Assembly (NCBI GenBank): GCA_965140585.1
Contig: OZ223272.1
Coordinates: forward strand, 64,001 to 128,000
Direction: 5' to 3'
DNA from: Spirochaetia bacterium
GTDB taxonomy: Bacteria > Spirochaetota > Spirochaetia > UBA9216
Length of the DNA: 64,000 bases
Shown: positions 40,590-50,205 of the stretch, one piece after another
Numbering within the stretch: the stretch's first letter is position 1
Layout of the letters: each line of letters begins with the position of its first letter
The notes under the pieces: model-generated
Databases searched by the model: none
The model's input: only the letters and a program-made list of their open reading frames with translations
Told to the model about the DNA's origin: nothing
Position numbers and translations under genes: made by a program

Positions 40590-40630
40590 AGGAAATCTTA
40601 TCACATTTTTCTCAATATGTCGTTAAAGGA

Positions 40631-40683
40631 ATACCGATATACTGGAATTTATATTTTGAGCATTCCCAATGCGGGTTTATACT
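40631..40683 (+). promoter_or_regulatory. MFS promoter with shared LysR-type motif
   Basis: ATACC-N6-CTGGAA-N4-TATTTTGA; TTGAGC-N16-TATACT. Confidence 0.55.
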
Positions 40684-40745
40684 CATCGTACACAGAATCC
40701 GGATCTGGTAGATATCTCAAAATTAATCACTGGAGGTCTATTTTT

Positions 40746-42035
40746 ATGAGTGATCAGCTTGCTTATAAAAACAATAAGACTGCAGCAGATACCAGAAGTA
40801 ACTTCGGATCAAAGGGATGGCTTATGATCATCTATGCAGGGATTCTGTTTTACTTCTATGCCGGTACATGCACAGACGGTCTGAATATAATAGTAAGAAA
40901 TTTTGCGGCGGCGCACAATCTGGAAATGCACCGTCTGCTCGCCTTGACCACTCCTGCATGCTGGGCAGGTCTTGCCGGAGCGGTCTTATGGGCATGGTTT
41001 GTCGATAAGTTCGGAACAAGAAAAGGAGCACTTGTAACCGGAATTATCGGGGGCATCTGCTTTATGCTTTATGGGGCTGTGAGTACTGAACGTGGATTTT
41101 TCATCGTTACCGCTCTTGTAAACTTCATGGGTATGGGCTTCTGCCATACCGTTGCAAATGCGCTGATGGCAAAATGGTTCCCCATGAAAAAGGGACTCGC
41201 TTTGGGCTGGGCGACAATGGGGCAGAACCTTGCATCAGCCACATTTATCCCGCTTCTCATCCTGTTTATTACCCTTGTCTCACTCAACGGCTCATTCTAT
41301 CTGATGGGCGGAATGCTTGCGGCTGTAGGGATTATAGGATGGTTTCTGATAAGGGATACGCCCGAAGAAATGGGCTGTGCACCCGATAACGGCTCCTTTA
41401 CAAAGGAGGAGATTGAAGCAAATCTTAAAGAGATCCGGGAATACAATTCTCTCTGGACACCTAAAAAACTTGTTGCAAACAAGCAGATTTGGCTTATAGG
41501 TATCGGATTCGGAATCTATATTCTTGTTACGGTTTCTCTGATAAGCCAGATGATTCCAAGACTTATCGGTTCAGGTTTCAGTGAGCTGAAAGCTACTGGA
41601 ATGATGACAACAGCAGCAATCTGCGGACTGCTGGGCAGCTACGCAACAGGATGGCTGGATCAGAAGATAGGAACTAAGAAAGCTTCTATAATCTACGGAT
41701 TCTGGTATCTTATCGCTCTGGTTCTCTGCGCCCTGCCTGCAAAGACATTTACCCTTTACGGATCGGTAATCTTCATAGGCGTTGGCATAGGCGGAATCGG
41801 AAACCTCTTTCCGTCAATGGCCTCAACGGTATTCGGACGCTTCGACTTCGTTAGAGCCATGGGAGTTCTAAATCCCATAACATCAATAGTAAGATCCTTT
41901 GCATTTATCATAATTGCATTCGGCCTGTCAAAACTAGGAGGCTATGCCGGGGCATACGCAATAATCGCTGTTCTCGATGTGATTGCAATAATTATTATTT
42001 CAAGAATCGACAGTACCTGTATAGGAAAGCGGTAA
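40746..42035 (+). CDS. MFS transporter
   Basis: About 12 TM; DKFG motif A, WFPMKKGLALG; ATG 40746 after GGAGG. Confidence 0.9.
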   Translation: MSDQLAYKNNKTAADTRSNFGSKGWLMIIYAGILFYFYAGTCTDGLNIIVRNFAAAHNLEMHRLLALTTPACWAGLAGAVLWAWFVDKFGTRKGALVTGIIGGICFMLYGAVSTERGFFIVTALVNFMGMGFCHTVANALMAKWFPMKKGLALGWATMGQNLASATFIPLLILFITLVSLNGSFYLMGGMLAAVGIIGWFLIRDTPEEMGCAPDNGSFTKEEIEANLKEIREYNSLWTPKKLVANKQIWLIGIGFGIYILVTVSLISQMIPRLIGSGFSELKATGMMTTAAICGLLGSYATGWLDQKIGTKKASIIYGFWYLIALVLCALPAKTFTLYGSVIFIGVGIGGIGNLFPSMASTVFGRFDFVRAMGVLNPITSIVRSFAFIIIAFGLSKLGGYAGAYAIIAVLDVIAIIIISRIDSTCIGKR

Positions 42036-42049
42036 GTTCCGCATTAATT

Positions 42050-42083
42050 CAGCCTGCCGGAAGATTCCCCCTTCGGCAGGCTG
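42050..42083. terminator. Hairpin terminator after MFS gene
   Basis: CAGCCTGCCG...CGGCAGGCTG stem. Confidence 0.7.
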
Positions 42084-42089
42084 CTCTAT
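42072..42089 (+). repeat. 18-bp direct repeat, left copy
   Basis: TTCGGCAGGCTGCTCTAT, identical to 52988-53005. Confidence 0.9.
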
Positions 42090-42192
42090 ATTAAATCAAA
42101 TAGAAAATTTAATAGAATTATTTGATTATAATCAACACTATCTTATATTTTCCATGAAAATTATATATACTTGTCTTAATATTTTTAAGGGT

Positions 42193-42233
42193 TTTACAAT
42201 AAGACAATTTAATGGTATACTGCTGGTATGCCG
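42193..42233 (+). promoter_or_regulatory. gntR promoter overlapped by tandem GntR-type boxes
   Basis: TTTACA-N17-TATACT; TGGTATACTG-c-TGGTATGCCG (42213-42233). Confidence 0.7.
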
Positions 42234-42899
42234 ACTGGTGAAAAGCAGATGTTTGAAAAGAAAGAATTAAAATCAGATGTTGTGTACAATAAACTTAAAA
42301 ACCTAATTATAGATAATAAACTTCAACAAGGCAGCCCTCTTTCAGAACGAAAAATTTGTGAAATGATTGAAACCAGCAGGACTCCAGTTCGCGAAGCTCT
42401 AAAACGAATGCATAATGAAGGTTTCGTTGATTTTACTCCTGAATACGGAGCTTTTGTTTCAAAGGTAACCTACGACCAGGTTATTCAAGTATACGATATC
42501 AGAGAAATGCTTGAGGCACTAGCAGTGCGTTCATTCACAAAAACCACTAATGAAGTCGAGTTGAAGGTTCTTAACGAGATTTTCGATTCACTCGAGTCTA
42601 CAACAAAAAATCATAATTATTCAGAAAGCCTCGAGATAGATTTGAAATTCCATCACTTCATTATAGATAGATGTAGAAATGAGATGCTTCAAAGATTATT
42701 GAAATCAATCTTTGAACACACTGATAGAATAATCAAACTCACCCATTACAGTGACGAATGGGCATTAGAGTCTATTGAAGCTCACCGTAAAATACTTAAG
42801 GCGATAAACAGCAGAGATCTTGATGAGGTTGAAATTGAAATGCGCCAACACGTAAAACAAGCGCGTGAACGGCAACTACGAAGCTGGATGCAGCATTAA
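42228..42899 (+). CDS. GntR-family (FCD) regulator; start may be 42249
   Basis: LSER..SRTPVREAL HTH; FH and H residues of FCD domain. Confidence 0.92.
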   Translation: MPTGEKQMFEKKELKSDVVYNKLKNLIIDNKLQQGSPLSERKICEMIETSRTPVREALKRMHNEGFVDFTPEYGAFVSKVTYDQVIQVYDIREMLEALAVRSFTKTTNEVELKVLNEIFDSLESTTKNHNYSESLEIDLKFHHFIIDRCRNEMLQRLLKSIFEHTDRIIKLTHYSDEWALESIEAHRKILKAINSRDLDEVEIEMRQHVKQARERQLRSWMQH

Positions 42900-42921
42900 A
42901 TACTGCATCCTCTGGCTTTTC

Positions 42922-43761
42922 TTACAGACTGTCCCCGAATAAATCAAGTTTTTTTCTACACAATACAGCCGCATCATCAGGGTTCATGCTGTAAATTTGG
43001 TCATCAAAAAGTTCGAGAGAAAAATAACCCTTGTACCCATTATCTAAAGCACATTTCACCCACCCTGCGGCATCCGCAATACCGTCCCCCGGAAAAACTC
43101 TGGTTTGAGCTACATGAAGTTGTTCATTAGGAAGGTTCGGGGTGTCATCTATGTGAAATAATCCTATATCTGCATCTATACCATCGAGCTGCCTGGAGCC
43201 GAAACCGTTATAATGCAGATTATGAATATCAGGCACAATTGTAAGGTTTTTTAGCCCGTTTCCGGCAAGAACTTCATTAATCTCCTCAGGTTCTCCTATG
43301 ATGAAATCGGGATAGTTTATAGGCTCGAACATGGTTTTAATATTGAAAGAATCAAACTGTTCCTTCACCTGCATAAGTCTCTTTTGATAAAGATTTATGA
43401 TTTTAGTTTTCGGAGGCAGTTCCCCGTATTTAACATTCCATCTTCCGGAAGGGACTACAACAGCAGGACAATCAATGAGAGTACATAACTGGCCAATCAA
43501 ATCCGTCTCAGCCTCTAGCGCTTTCAGATTGCTCTCAGGAACCAGGAAAATATCCTCATAGGCGTTCAGCGACAGTATCTCCAAACCATTACATGCTTTC
43601 TTAAGCTCTGCAACAGAAACAAAGCGCAGCGAATCCTTTAACTTCGCATAACTTATTTCAACCGCTTTAAATCCCGCATCCCTGCATGCGGAAAAATATT
43701 CAATCAAATCACATTGAATAATTGTATTCTCATTTACAGCAAATTGTATATCTAAACTCAT
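42922..43761 (-). CDS. Sugar-phosphate isomerase/epimerase (IolI-like TIM barrel)
   Basis: FEPI, PDIHN, FHIDD, RVFPGDG, SLELF. Confidence 0.8.
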   Translation of the reverse strand: MSLDIQFAVNENTIIQCDLIEYFSACRDAGFKAVEISYAKLKDSLRFVSVAELKKACNGLEILSLNAYEDIFLVPESNLKALEAETDLIGQLCTLIDCPAVVVPSGRWNVKYGELPPKTKIINLYQKRLMQVKEQFDSFNIKTMFEPINYPDFIIGEPEEINEVLAGNGLKNLTIVPDIHNLHYNGFGSRQLDGIDADIGLFHIDDTPNLPNEQLHVAQTRVFPGDGIADAAGWVKCALDNGYKGYFSLELFDDQIYSMNPDDAAVLCRKKLDLFGDSL

Positions 43762-43786
43762 ATTATAATCCTGGTAGAAAAAATAA

Positions 43787-43806
43787 GCGGCAGAAAAGTC
43801 TGCCGC
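43787..43806 (-). terminator. Hairpin with U-tract inside the iol cluster
   Basis: GCGGCAGA-cttt-TCTGCCGC then TTATTTTTT on - strand. Confidence 0.6.
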
Positions 43807-43817
43807 AATAGATAGAA

Positions 43818-44876
43818 TTAGAAAGTAAGCATTACCTTTCTTGCAATATCCTTATGATGAACCGCCATATCAAAGGCATCATGGATCTTCTCAAAAGGAA
43901 AATGGTGTGTATTCAGTGCTGCAAAATCATATTTATCTTTAATTGTAGACATGAATCTGATTGTTCGGGGAAACCAAAGTTTTGTTCCACCGGAACCCCG
44001 AATGGTTAAAGTTTTCCATATAACTTTCCCTAACTCGACCGGCACTTTTCGACCTATTGAATGACCAACAACACCAATCCTTGCATTATGTGCAGAAATA
44101 TCAAATATTGATGCTATTCCGATATCATTTCCTGAACACTCAATGACTACGGAGGCTCCTTTCCCATCGGATTCCGCCTTTACCATCTCTTCGATATTTC
44201 CAGCCGCAGGATCAAGAACAACATCTGCACCATATTTTAGAGCGTTTTCCCTTCGTGCTTCTATAGGATCAATAACTATTACTTTTGCCCCGGATTCCTT
44301 GCAGACCATGGCTGCAGTAAGCCCGATAGGACCTCCACCGACAATAGCACATACATCCGAAGCATCCGGATTGCAGCCATTGCCCCAGACTCCCCAGTAT
44401 CCTACATTGAATGTTTCAACCCATGCACCAAGCTCATAATCCCAGTCCTGCGGAATAACATGGGTATATTTCTCTTCAAGGATCATATACTCACCCATTC
44501 CACCGGGAGAATTCGGCATAAACCCTGTCTCACGCATATTCAGACATGCTGAGGGCATTTTATCATCTTTACAATTTGCACAATTTCCGCATGCAAGGAC
44601 ACAGTCGCCGACTATCTTATCCCCAACCTTCACTGAGGTTACCTCGCTTCCAACAGCAGCACATTCACCGGCAAACTCATGCCCCGGGGTATAAGGAGCA
44701 ATATCGTAACGGCCTTCTGCAGAATCGCCCTCGAAGCATTCAACGTCAGATCCGCAGATTCCACATGCTTTCATTTTAAAAAGAACCTGATCGGGTTTTA
44801 GTTCCGGCAGTTCTACTTCTTCTACTCTAAGGTCCTCAGGACCATGTAAAAACGCAATTTTTGCTTTCATATCCAT
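43818..44876 (-). CDS. Zn-dependent (MDR) dehydrogenase
   Basis: CGICGSD, GHE, CGNCANC, GGGPIG. Confidence 0.9.
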   Translation of the reverse strand: MDMKAKIAFLHGPEDLRVEEVELPELKPDQVLFKMKACGICGSDVECFEGDSAEGRYDIAPYTPGHEFAGECAAVGSEVTSVKVGDKIVGDCVLACGNCANCKDDKMPSACLNMRETGFMPNSPGGMGEYMILEEKYTHVIPQDWDYELGAWVETFNVGYWGVWGNGCNPDASDVCAIVGGGPIGLTAAMVCKESGAKVIVIDPIEARRENALKYGADVVLDPAAGNIEEMVKAESDGKGASVVIECSGNDIGIASIFDISAHNARIGVVGHSIGRKVPVELGKVIWKTLTIRGSGGTKLWFPRTIRFMSTIKDKYDFAALNTHHFPFEKIHDAFDMAVHHKDIARKVMLTF

Positions 44877-44894
44877 CTCTCCTATTCTGATTTA

Positions 44895-46067
44895 TTAACG
44901 TCTGGGATAATCTGTACTGACCAGAACTTTTCCCGCAGTAATTTTCATACCATCTTCAATGTCTTCCAGGTTGTAACGACCGGTACACATCTTCCTCATA
45001 TCTATACGGCCCGAGGCCATCAGAGCAATAACATCACTATAGATACCTGAACCGGATTGTCCATTTGAACCGATGATGGCTGCCGCATTCCATTGCCAGT
45101 AAAAAGTTTCAACTGGAGTTGCACCTATAGGATGGCTTATCTGTATAGTCTTTCCTCCTATCGCAAGAGCCTTAGCCATTACAGGATATGTAAATTTAGT
45201 AGCACCGGCACACTCTACGAACATTGATATCCCCTGCCCGTTGGTAAGATCCATCAGCATATCAGCCTGCTCAAGAGCATCTTTGTAGTCCTGCGGATTA
45301 AAAACATAATCAGCACCGCAATCCCTGGCTAAAGCCTGTCTTTCAGGAATTGTTTCAAAAACAATTAACTTTGCAGCACCGGCTGTTTTCATTAAAGAGA
45401 TAGCTGATAAACCGATTGGCCCTGCTCCAAATACAACAACATGACCACCTGGACGTATTCCTCCGCCCCTTACAAACAGCCCGTTGTATGCAACTCCGGT
45501 AGGTTCTATCATTGCACCAAGTTCAAAAGCTGTCTTCTTATCACCGTAAAAATTAACGATATCATTCAGAAGGTAACAGTATTTTGCTTTAACTTTTACA
45601 TATTCAGCAAAGCCACCGTCATATGTCAGTCCCGGTTCTTCAAGATTTCTGCACTGGTTGAACATTCCTCGTCTGCAGGCATCACATTCGCCACACCAGT
45701 TCATTGATTCAACACTGACAAGATCACCTTTTCTAAGGCTGGTGACGGCACTTCCGACTTCCACAACTTCGCCTGAAAATTCATGTCCGGTTATGATAGG
45801 GTACTTGGAATGCCCGTCATAAAGAGAATATCCCTGTTCATCCCGCTTAAGCAGATGTGCATCCGTTCCGCAAATACCAGCCGCACCAACTTTTAATATT
45901 ATCTCATCCGGATTACTAATTTTCGGTTCCGGCCTGTCAGTTACGCTTGAACGGATATCCTTCCATATCTGATTACCCCGTAAGGCTCTCTGTGTATTCC
46001 TTTCTTTCTCAGAAACACGGTATCCGTCTTTAGGAACCCAATCAGCCTCTACATAAAAAGCTCTCAT
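44895..46067 (-). CDS. iolM: scyllo-Inosose 3-dehydrogenase
   Basis: MDR motifs plus the long N-terminal extension (ADWVPKDGY...GNQIW) I recall from Thermotoga IolM; next to iolN/iolO. Confidence 0.82.
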   Translation of the reverse strand: MRAFYVEADWVPKDGYRVSEKERNTQRALRGNQIWKDIRSSVTDRPEPKISNPDEIILKVGAAGICGTDAHLLKRDEQGYSLYDGHSKYPIITGHEFSGEVVEVGSAVTSLRKGDLVSVESMNWCGECDACRRGMFNQCRNLEEPGLTYDGGFAEYVKVKAKYCYLLNDIVNFYGDKKTAFELGAMIEPTGVAYNGLFVRGGGIRPGGHVVVFGAGPIGLSAISLMKTAGAAKLIVFETIPERQALARDCGADYVFNPQDYKDALEQADMLMDLTNGQGISMFVECAGATKFTYPVMAKALAIGGKTIQISHPIGATPVETFYWQWNAAAIIGSNGQSGSGIYSDVIALMASGRIDMRKMCTGRYNLEDIEDGMKITAGKVLVSTDYPRR

Positions 46068-46105
46068 TTTGAAGCCTCCACTATTTGTATGATACTAAAA
46101 ACAAT

Positions 46106-46909
46106 TTATAAATATTGCCTGATCGTACTGATAGCAGTCTTTGCACAAGCATAACTATCAGGCAGAGGCAGAACTTCTACCCCAAGATATCTAATATCAG
46201 GTAATTTTTTTGCAGTCTGGATAATTGAACTAAAATCAATATGCCCCATACCGGGAGCCAGCCGGTTACTGTCCGCACAATGCAATGCTCCAATATATTC
46301 CCGGGCGTCTTCAAGGGCTTCAGTAAATGATATCTCTTCAATGTTCATATGGAAAGTATCAGGGAGAATTCTAAGTGCTTTGGAATTAATCTTTTCAGCA
46401 ACTTTCAAAGATTCTTCGACTGTATTAAAAATATTAGCCTCATAGCGATTGATGGATTCAAGGAGCAGAATTACCCCCATCTTTTCCGCGTATTCTACCA
46501 GCTCAGTAACAGCCTCCATGCCCTTTTCATACTGCGCAAGATTTCCTGTATTATCAAGACTGCCCTTTATCCCCCCCAAAATTACATTAGCTGAACTTTT
46601 TGATGCCAGATCAATATGGGATTTTAGCCTTTCAACTGCTCCAACTCTGTGAGCCGTCGCAGAACTGAATAATGAAAGATTATCTTCTATAAAACTCTGC
46701 CCGGTAGCTACTGAGATTAATTCAAGATCATGCTTTTCAAGCATTTTAAAAAGCAGTTCAGAATCAATATCATTTGAAGTCCTCAAGCTTAATTCAATAC
46801 CATCATAACCGAGTTCTTTCAGACTCATGAAACCCTGTTCAAGATCCCCCGCAAACAGCAGGGGACCGAATTTTGTTTTATTTGGAGTTACACTCGCAGC
46901 TATCTTCAT
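46106..46909 (-). CDS. iolO: 5-keto-L-gluconate epimerase
   Basis: GYDGIEL, ATGQ, ESINRYE, DTFHMNIEE, ADSNRLAPG, EVLPLP; context. Confidence 0.78.
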   Translation of the reverse strand: MKIAASVTPNKTKFGPLLFAGDLEQGFMSLKELGYDGIELSLRTSNDIDSELLFKMLEKHDLELISVATGQSFIEDNLSLFSSATAHRVGAVERLKSHIDLASKSSANVILGGIKGSLDNTGNLAQYEKGMEAVTELVEYAEKMGVILLLESINRYEANIFNTVEESLKVAEKINSKALRILPDTFHMNIEEISFTEALEDAREYIGALHCADSNRLAPGMGHIDFSSIIQTAKKLPDIRYLGVEVLPLPDSYACAKTAISTIRQYL

Positions 46910-46917
46910 ATTAAGAC

Positions 46918-47889
46918 CTATGTAGGATACCCGAGAGTATATATATGCTTTCCGCCATTAACCGGGCCTTTAATAACATCCTCAATTTCTTCTTTGTTAC
47001 GCATGGTCATAGCCTCTATCGGCGGAAGTTTTCCAGCTGGATACATTTCCATGATATCGTTATGAAGCTTTTCCAGATAATCAAGAATAGCATAAACACC
47101 GGGTCGGGCCTTCTCTGGATCTGCAAGTGTAGCATCACCCACTACACCTTCAGGTGTTGAAACAACTTCTATAGCTGAAGCACCTACCTGACACCAGAAA
47201 TCAATTGGAGATTCTTCCTTATATACACTGCCTGATTTATTGATATGGCCCTTTGGAAAAATCGACATCGGAGTTGTTTTTTGAGCAAACTCCTGATCAA
47301 TGAGTTCCGGGAAAAGAGCCATTGAGTATGATGTTTCAACTTCATCCGCATGAATAAACGGAGTATCAAAAACACCTCCGTGAGCCTTATCTCTAAGAAA
47401 TTCAGGTATTACAAACCACCAGTTTACATTTACTAATATGGAAGGAACCTGGTATTTTTTAGCAAACTGATGAATCGCGAGAGGAATTACATAATCCTGT
47501 CCATGACCGTTTAAAAGAATAATCTTTCTGAATCCTGAATTCCAGAATCCTGCTATTACCGCCCTGATATATGCGGCTAAATCTTCTTCCGGAACAACGA
47601 TGGTACCCGGCATACCAAGATGATGAAATGGATGAGAGCCGTACCATATTGGTTCCGCAACAGTACACCCAACCTTTTGAGCTATAGCCTCTGCCAGTCT
47701 GGATACAAGAAATGTATCTTCACCTGAACAGGCATTTAAACCATGATTCTCTGTACTGCCTATAGGCAGAATTAGTAAATCATTCTTTTTTAATCTTTCT
47801 TCGATTTGATGACCGTTCATTGTCTGATAGTAAAGACCTGTGGGTCTTTCCATGTGACCGCCTTCCGGCGGTATTGTCCAATTACTCAT
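46918..47889 (-). CDS. iolN: 3-dehydro-scyllo-inosose hydrolase (creatininase family)
   Basis: GSTENHG, GEDT, YGSHPFHH, NGHGQ, PFIHADEVETS. Confidence 0.85.
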   Translation of the reverse strand: MSNWTIPPEGGHMERPTGLYYQTMNGHQIEERLKKNDLLILPIGSTENHGLNACSGEDTFLVSRLAEAIAQKVGCTVAEPIWYGSHPFHHLGMPGTIVVPEEDLAAYIRAVIAGFWNSGFRKIILLNGHGQDYVIPLAIHQFAKKYQVPSILVNVNWWFVIPEFLRDKAHGGVFDTPFIHADEVETSYSMALFPELIDQEFAQKTTPMSIFPKGHINKSGSVYKEESPIDFWCQVGASAIEVVSTPEGVVGDATLADPEKARPGVYAILDYLEKLHNDIMEMYPAGKLPPIEAMTMRNKEEIEDVIKGPVNGGKHIYTLGYPT

Positions 47890-47966
47890 AACTAACTCCT
47901 TATTATTAGGCTACAGAATCCTGTAAAATTAAGTATCTTGAATATAGTAACCTAATTTCATCTTAC

Positions 47967-47987
47967 TGGCATACCAATTGTATACCA
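47967..47987. promoter_or_regulatory. Tandem GntR-type boxes upstream of iolN
   Basis: TGGCATACCA-a-TTGTATACCA. Confidence 0.75.
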
Positions 47988-48030
47988 TAATTTCAAAAGT
48001 CAAGCCTCACAATCCAATAAATTATTTAGG

Positions 48031-49050
48031 CTAAAGTACTTCAGAGATTAAAACTGGTCGGTTTTCCTCTATTGATTTTTTTGCGGCTAAACCCATTACA
48101 ACAGGCATTATTGCATCCTGATACCCGCATGGACTATTTCCACCCTCGTTCAGGTATTTTATGAATCTTGTAACCTCTTCTGCATAGGCATCGAAATATC
48201 TTTCGAGAAAGAAATAATGCGGTTTATCCTGAACAACACCGTCTATAGTACTGGTATATACTCTTGAAGGAGCATCATTTTCAGTTTGACTGCAGCCTTT
48301 GGAACCAAAAACCTCTACACGTTGATCGTATCCGTAAACGGCTTTTCTTGAGTTATCAATTACTCCCAATGCTCCGTTTTTGAACTTAATATTCACTATA
48401 GCTGTATCAACATCACCGGCTTTACCTATCTCTTCATCTATCAGAACAGCTCCGCTTGCGAATATACTTTCAGCCTCACTATCCATGAGGAATCTGGCCA
48501 TATCAAAATCGTGAATCATCATATCCAAGAATAATCCTCCCGAAACTTTCACGTAGGCAAGAGATGGCGGAGCAGGATCTCTTGATGCAATCTTAAGAAG
48601 CTGCGGCTCACCAATTGTTCCTGCATCTATAACATCTTTTATTCTGCTGAAATTATGATCAAATCTTCTGTTAAATCCGATCTGAAATTTTACTCCTGAT
48701 TTTTTAACAATATCGAGAGTTTTCTTTATACGTTCGAGATCAAAATCAACAGGTTTTTCACAAAAAATATGTTTTCCTGCATTGGCTGCACGAATAATCA
48801 AATCTGAATGTGTATCAGTAGATGAACAGATTAGAACCGCTTCAATCTCCATATCAGTAAAAATATCATCCACATTCTTTGAAACATTAGGGACTCCAAT
48901 CTCTGCAGCAAATTCTTTCATCTCACTGTTAAGATACGGATCTGCAATCGTTTTTATAGTGGCACCAGGAATTCGCTGCATAACACTCTTCCCATGCACC
49001 CGTCCTATTTTTCCGGCACCTATCATTCCTAGTATTATTTTCTTCTTCAT
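48031..49050 (-). CDS. iolG: myo-Inositol 2-dehydrogenase
   Basis: GAGKIG, CEKP, GFNRRFD, SGGLFLDMMIHDFD, YGYDQRVEVFG, FFLERY. Confidence 0.92.
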   Translation of the reverse strand: MKKKIILGMIGAGKIGRVHGKSVMQRIPGATIKTIADPYLNSEMKEFAAEIGVPNVSKNVDDIFTDMEIEAVLICSSTDTHSDLIIRAANAGKHIFCEKPVDFDLERIKKTLDIVKKSGVKFQIGFNRRFDHNFSRIKDVIDAGTIGEPQLLKIASRDPAPPSLAYVKVSGGLFLDMMIHDFDMARFLMDSEAESIFASGAVLIDEEIGKAGDVDTAIVNIKFKNGALGVIDNSRKAVYGYDQRVEVFGSKGCSQTENDAPSRVYTSTIDGVVQDKPHYFFLERYFDAYAEEVTRFIKYLNEGGNSPCGYQDAIMPVVMGLAAKKSIEENRPVLISEVL

Positions 49051-49053
49051 AGT

Positions 49054-50205
49054 TTATTCTCCCCTAGCCTGTTTTTTACTGGAATAAATATCAAACCATA
49101 CAGCTATTACAAGAATTGCCCCCTTAACCATGTACTGCCAGTAAGCATCAAGATTCATCATGCTCATACCGTTATCAATTGACGCCATAAAGAAAGCACC
49201 TAGAATAGCTCCTGCAACCTTTCCGGAACCGCCATTCATACTTGCACCACCGATTACGGCTGCAGCAATAGCATCAAGTTCCATATTCATACCCGCAGTC
49301 GGAGTACCGGCATTTAATCTTGCAGAGAGAATAATTCCCGCAATTGCAGCCATCATTCCGTTAAGGATGTACACTATAACCAAGTTTCTCTGAACTTTTA
49401 TTCCTGAAAACAAAGTTGCTTCCAGATTTCCACCCATAGCATACACACTTCGGCCAAAAACTGTTTTTTCTGCTATTATGGTAAAAATTACAACAAGTAT
49501 AAGCATTATCAAAACCGGCACAGGCATTCCCTGATAACTATTAAGAATGTAGACAACTCCAAGAACAAGGGCACAAACTATCAGTGTTTTAATGATAAAC
49601 CTGAGCATAGACTCCAAGGCAAATCCATATTTTATTCTTGAACGCCTGTTTAAGATCTGAAGAGCTATAAAAACACCACATACAATGATGCTAAGAATCC
49701 ATCCAACCATTTTGGGCACATACGACTGCCCAAGCATTTTATAAACTTCAGCAAAAGGTGCAATTGAAATACCTTTTGTAATTGCAAGAAGAACACCTCT
49801 GAACATCAACAAACCGCCCAGAGTAACAATAAAAGCAGGTACTCCCAAATATGATATTATAAATCCCTGGATAAAACCGATTGCTATACCACTGATTAAA
49901 ACAATCAATATCGTCCAATAGGGACCTACCCCATTCCAAACATGCAGTGCTGCAGCCATGCCGCCAAGAGCACCCATGACGGATCCTACGGAAAGATCTA
50001 TATTTCCTGTAATTATTACCAAAACCATACCGGTACCAAGAATACCGACTATAGCCATCTGTCTCGTTAAATTAGATATATTTCTGGCAAGAAGAAACTT
50101 ACCATCAGTCATAAATGTAAATAAAATCCAAATAAGAAACAGAGCACCAATCATTACATAATTGCGCAGGTCAATACTCTTTGACTTTAGCTCCTTATCA
50201 GCCAT
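49054..50205 (-). CDS. XylH-like sugar ABC permease
   Basis: GNIDLSVGS, ELDAIAAAVIGG; ATG 50205 after GGAGG. Confidence 0.9.
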   Translation of the reverse strand: MADKELKSKSIDLRNYVMIGALFLIWILFTFMTDGKFLLARNISNLTRQMAIVGILGTGMVLVIITGNIDLSVGSVMGALGGMAAALHVWNGVGPYWTILIVLISGIAIGFIQGFIISYLGVPAFIVTLGGLLMFRGVLLAITKGISIAPFAEVYKMLGQSYVPKMVGWILSIIVCGVFIALQILNRRSRIKYGFALESMLRFIIKTLIVCALVLGVVYILNSYQGMPVPVLIMLILVVIFTIIAEKTVFGRSVYAMGGNLEATLFSGIKVQRNLVIVYILNGMMAAIAGIILSARLNAGTPTAGMNMELDAIAAAVIGGASMNGGSGKVAGAILGAFFMASIDNGMSMMNLDAYWQYMVKGAILVIAVWFDIYSSKKQARGE